Shown here: one piece after another, positions 61,195 to 64,000 of the stretch
How positions within the stretch are numbered: position 1 is the stretch's first letter
Layout: every line of letters starts with the position of its first letter
Origin: Cystobasidiomycetes sp. EMM_F5
Lineage: Eukaryota
NCBI GenBank assembly: GCA_051047955.1
Contig: JBPGPT010000009.1
Location: forward strand, 124,001 to 188,000
Direction of reading: 5' to 3'
Length of the DNA: 64,000 nucleotides
Translations under genes and position numbers: made by a program
The notes under the pieces: generated by a model
What the model was told of the DNA's origin: nothing
The model's database searches: none
What the model saw: the letters and a program-made list of their open reading frames with translations, nothing else

Positions 61195-64000
61195 TCATGT
61201 AACTGCGGCTCTTCGTCTCCTCTCTTGCATAAATCCCGCTAACGACTTGACGAGCGATCCGAAATTAGACTCACAACTTAGGCTATTCGAAATCCTGTTC
61301 GAGCAGCTTAGTCGAATCGTTTACAGTCTGAAGGGCACGTACCATTTAGGCAATTTATCTTGCGTAGCAGACTGACAGTAGCGAGCGTCGAGCAAGAGTA
61401 TGGACGACCAATCGTGGATGTGTCGACTGCAGCGCAGGAGAGTCAGCATTGTGGCCAGTCTGGGCATATTTAAAACTTGCATTGATCTCCCAATGGATTG
61501 GTTGACGGCTCGCTGCATCAATATTGTTAAAGCTGACAGCTGAATAAATGGCAATCGAGACTTACGAACGCCAGGTTGGAGTCTGTAATCGTCATCAGCG
61601 TGGCCTCGACAATGAAGAGCTTAAAACACACATAGTCGTTTACTCGCCACGTCCCCGCTGGGAAGGCCGTCGACGGCAGGGAGACTTGCAACGTAGCGCA
61701 TTCTGCAAGGCAGCGGAGATGAGTTTCGATTATCGACCCAGCTTAGTATTGCCCTCTACCGTTCTTTCAGCTCCGTGGATTGACTGCTAGGGTAAGGTAT
61801 TCCAATAATGACCACACAGCGGCACAGATCGTCCTGAAAGTTGATGCCCTGAGTACCACATCATTCAGGTCGTGTTGTTCTGTCGAGGCAAGGCGATGCG
61901 GGGACGCTGTGTCACGCACCTCGGACAGCTTGGCTCCTACGACCGCAAAAAGTATCCCGCCATGCTGCAGCTTCGGTCGTTAGTACACTGCAGAATGACA
62001 AAGCAGCTCGCTGCGTACCGAGCCATCGGCATTTGCCTTCGAGTAATCTGTCAAGACGTTTTCTGTCTGCGCGCCGTCCTTGGGCTCGACAAAGACCTTC
62101 AGTGTGCCGACAGGCCCTCAGTGATTGCCTATAAACCTTTATGGAGCGCTTACCTTCTTCTTGTTTTCGAGCTTCTGGATAAGGCCTGTCTGCTGCCAGC
62201 GTTGTAAGAATATCTCGAGCGACGCATAACTTGGTACGAACACCACAACGCCTCGAGGAACGATCGAAATGACATTTGTCAGAACGGCGCCATACTCATC
62301 AAGCATCTTCGTATCGTTGCGCTGAGCATACTTGAATTCAAGCTTGTAACCGCTCGGCCCGGAGGAGATGGCTTTCGCGAGTATATGATTGAACGGTACT
62401 ACGTGCGCACAGGAAAGGTTGGTGATCGCCGATGCAGACGAGTAATTCAGCAGCTGCTGGGAAAAGTCCGACAGAGGAGCCATGGTTCCGCCAGCAATGA
62501 CCACCGAGCGTGCGGCGGCGAAATCGGCAAATGAATCTGCAGGGTTGAGCAGTTGGTATTTCAGACAGAGAATATCCCCATTCGTTGTCACCAGAACACG
62601 TCCGTCCTTCTCGGAATTTGCAAGGCTCAGCAGGAAGGTTTGTATCCGGTGGATTGATGCTATTTTTGCTGCCCGCGACCTTGACCCTGTATTGCAACGG
62701 ACTCAGTCACTTCTGTAAATACTTACGACCTTCTTGTAGCTTACCATTTGTGTTATCTTTGGCTTCGAGATTGTCCATATAGCCTGACACCTTCTGAGCA
62801 ATTTTCGATTCTGTCAGATATCTATGCAAGGGGCCATGAATAATCACATCTCGGGCTCGTTGCGGAAGCTTCGTCCTACTTGTCTAAAGCGCGCAGATTG
62901 GTTTGATCAACAGCGCAAGCTAGTAGGACGTCAACAGCCTTGAGCATCTGGTCGGTCTTCTTGCTGGCCAACCAGTCTTTGCAGAAGCTGTCCAAGGCGG
63001 ACATGAAACCGACCAGCTGTTTCAAATACACAGCATTGCTTCCTTTCAGTCTAGCCTTAAAGCGTTTAAGATATAGCAGTAAAGCGCCTTTTGCGAAAGA
63101 TAGACTTGTAGACGTAATCTCGACAGAATGGATGGAAAGGATGGTACTGGGCGCTGTGTCAAAATCTTGGGGGTTATCCATATTCATTATACTCACTCGA
63201 TCAGATTATGGGCTTCATCTATGACCACTACGTTCCTATGCTTATCTGTATCAGCCACGATTCGCTGCTACCCGGGCCTGACCTACTCATCGAGACTAAT
63301 GCCGAGAGACTCCCGGGCTTGTTTGAGAAGCAACAGATTGTAAGGTAACGTGACCAGCTGTGCTTGTCTAACGGCACGGCGGGAGCCATAGTATGGACAG
63401 ACTTTCATTTCGCGACCCAGATCTTCCAAATCATCAATCGAGTAGACATCCGCAAACGTACGGTCTCTGAAATCGTCGAGTCGGTTGTCGTCTTCGGGCT
63501 GTGGCAGAAATTCACATCGTTTGCCTTTTTCTGCGCGTGCCCGGAATCAGTGTACATTCACCCCTTCGTCTCGAAAGACAATGACGGACCGGCTTTTTGC
63601 ATGTCCAGACATTTGTCGTTTAAAGTCTCAGCTGAACGACAAGCGTCACGAACTTTGTCGTTTATGCAAAGGTTTTGCCGTCCACCTAAAGCAACGACTC
63701 GTACGCTTTTGGCAAATTCCGTCTTGCGCACTTCATCAAGGAATTGTGATAATTGTGAGTGCGTCCTTGACGTAAACAATATCTGCGTGAAGTATGTCAA
63801 GCTGAAGCAGGGTTTGGGAAATCATGCGGTGCTCACCTTGCACGTATCCGGCTCTTCGCTGTCAGCCGCGCCCCATTTCGGACGCTTTCTGCCATCGTAC
63901 CTAGAAAGTCACATCGGCTACAATACAAAATTTTGTCAAACAAAGTTGGCCTACGCTTTCATCATTTCCCGCACAGTCGGTGTCAGACCGTCTCCAGCGT
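61195..64000 (-). CDS. CHL1: Fe-S DNA helicase Chl1/DDX11 (Rad3/XPD family); 5' part beyond the window
   Basis: [31 protein letters not shown]...[40 protein letters not shown]. Confidence 0.93.

Noticed and set aside
1..64000. Transposons, CRISPR arrays, tRNA/rRNA or secondary-metabolite backbone genes
   Set aside because: No transposase/RT motifs, terminal repeats, spacer arrays, cloverleafs or PKS/NRPS domains were seen by eye.

Overview
Gene-dense, intron-rich eukaryotic DNA: short (~50-70 nt) GT-AG introns, microexons and many head-to-head gene pairs. Gene content suggests a fungus, most likely a basidiomycete yeast (inference). About 29 protein-coding genes can be reconstructed. Most are conserved: EME1, a PDR ABC transporter, CBP3, RCF1, COX23, SNT1-like, SEC62, endonuclease V, a 6PGD-family enzyme, a VPS9-domain protein, NMD3, RPB10, NNT, MPO1, EMC2, VTS1, two PHO13-like HAD phosphatases, a bHLH factor, a SEL1/Skt5-like protein and CHL1. 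No mobile elements, tRNA, rRNA or CRISPR arrays were seen. Main observations: (1) a ~1.1 kb non-coding, helix-rich segment behind COX23 (~12.8-13.9 kb) with a telomerase CR4/5-like three-way junction, a candidate large structured ncRNA; (2) a tandem trio of small orphan paralogues (20.9-23.2 kb) that only appears after splicing; (3) a LigB/DODA-type dioxygenase homologue lacking its His motifs; (4) a 6PGD paralogue with altered cofactor and phosphate-binding residues; (5) an orphan protein with a duplicated Cys/His domain; (6) a YbjQ/UPF0145-domain fusion protein. Exon boundaries were read by eye and are approximate unless stated.
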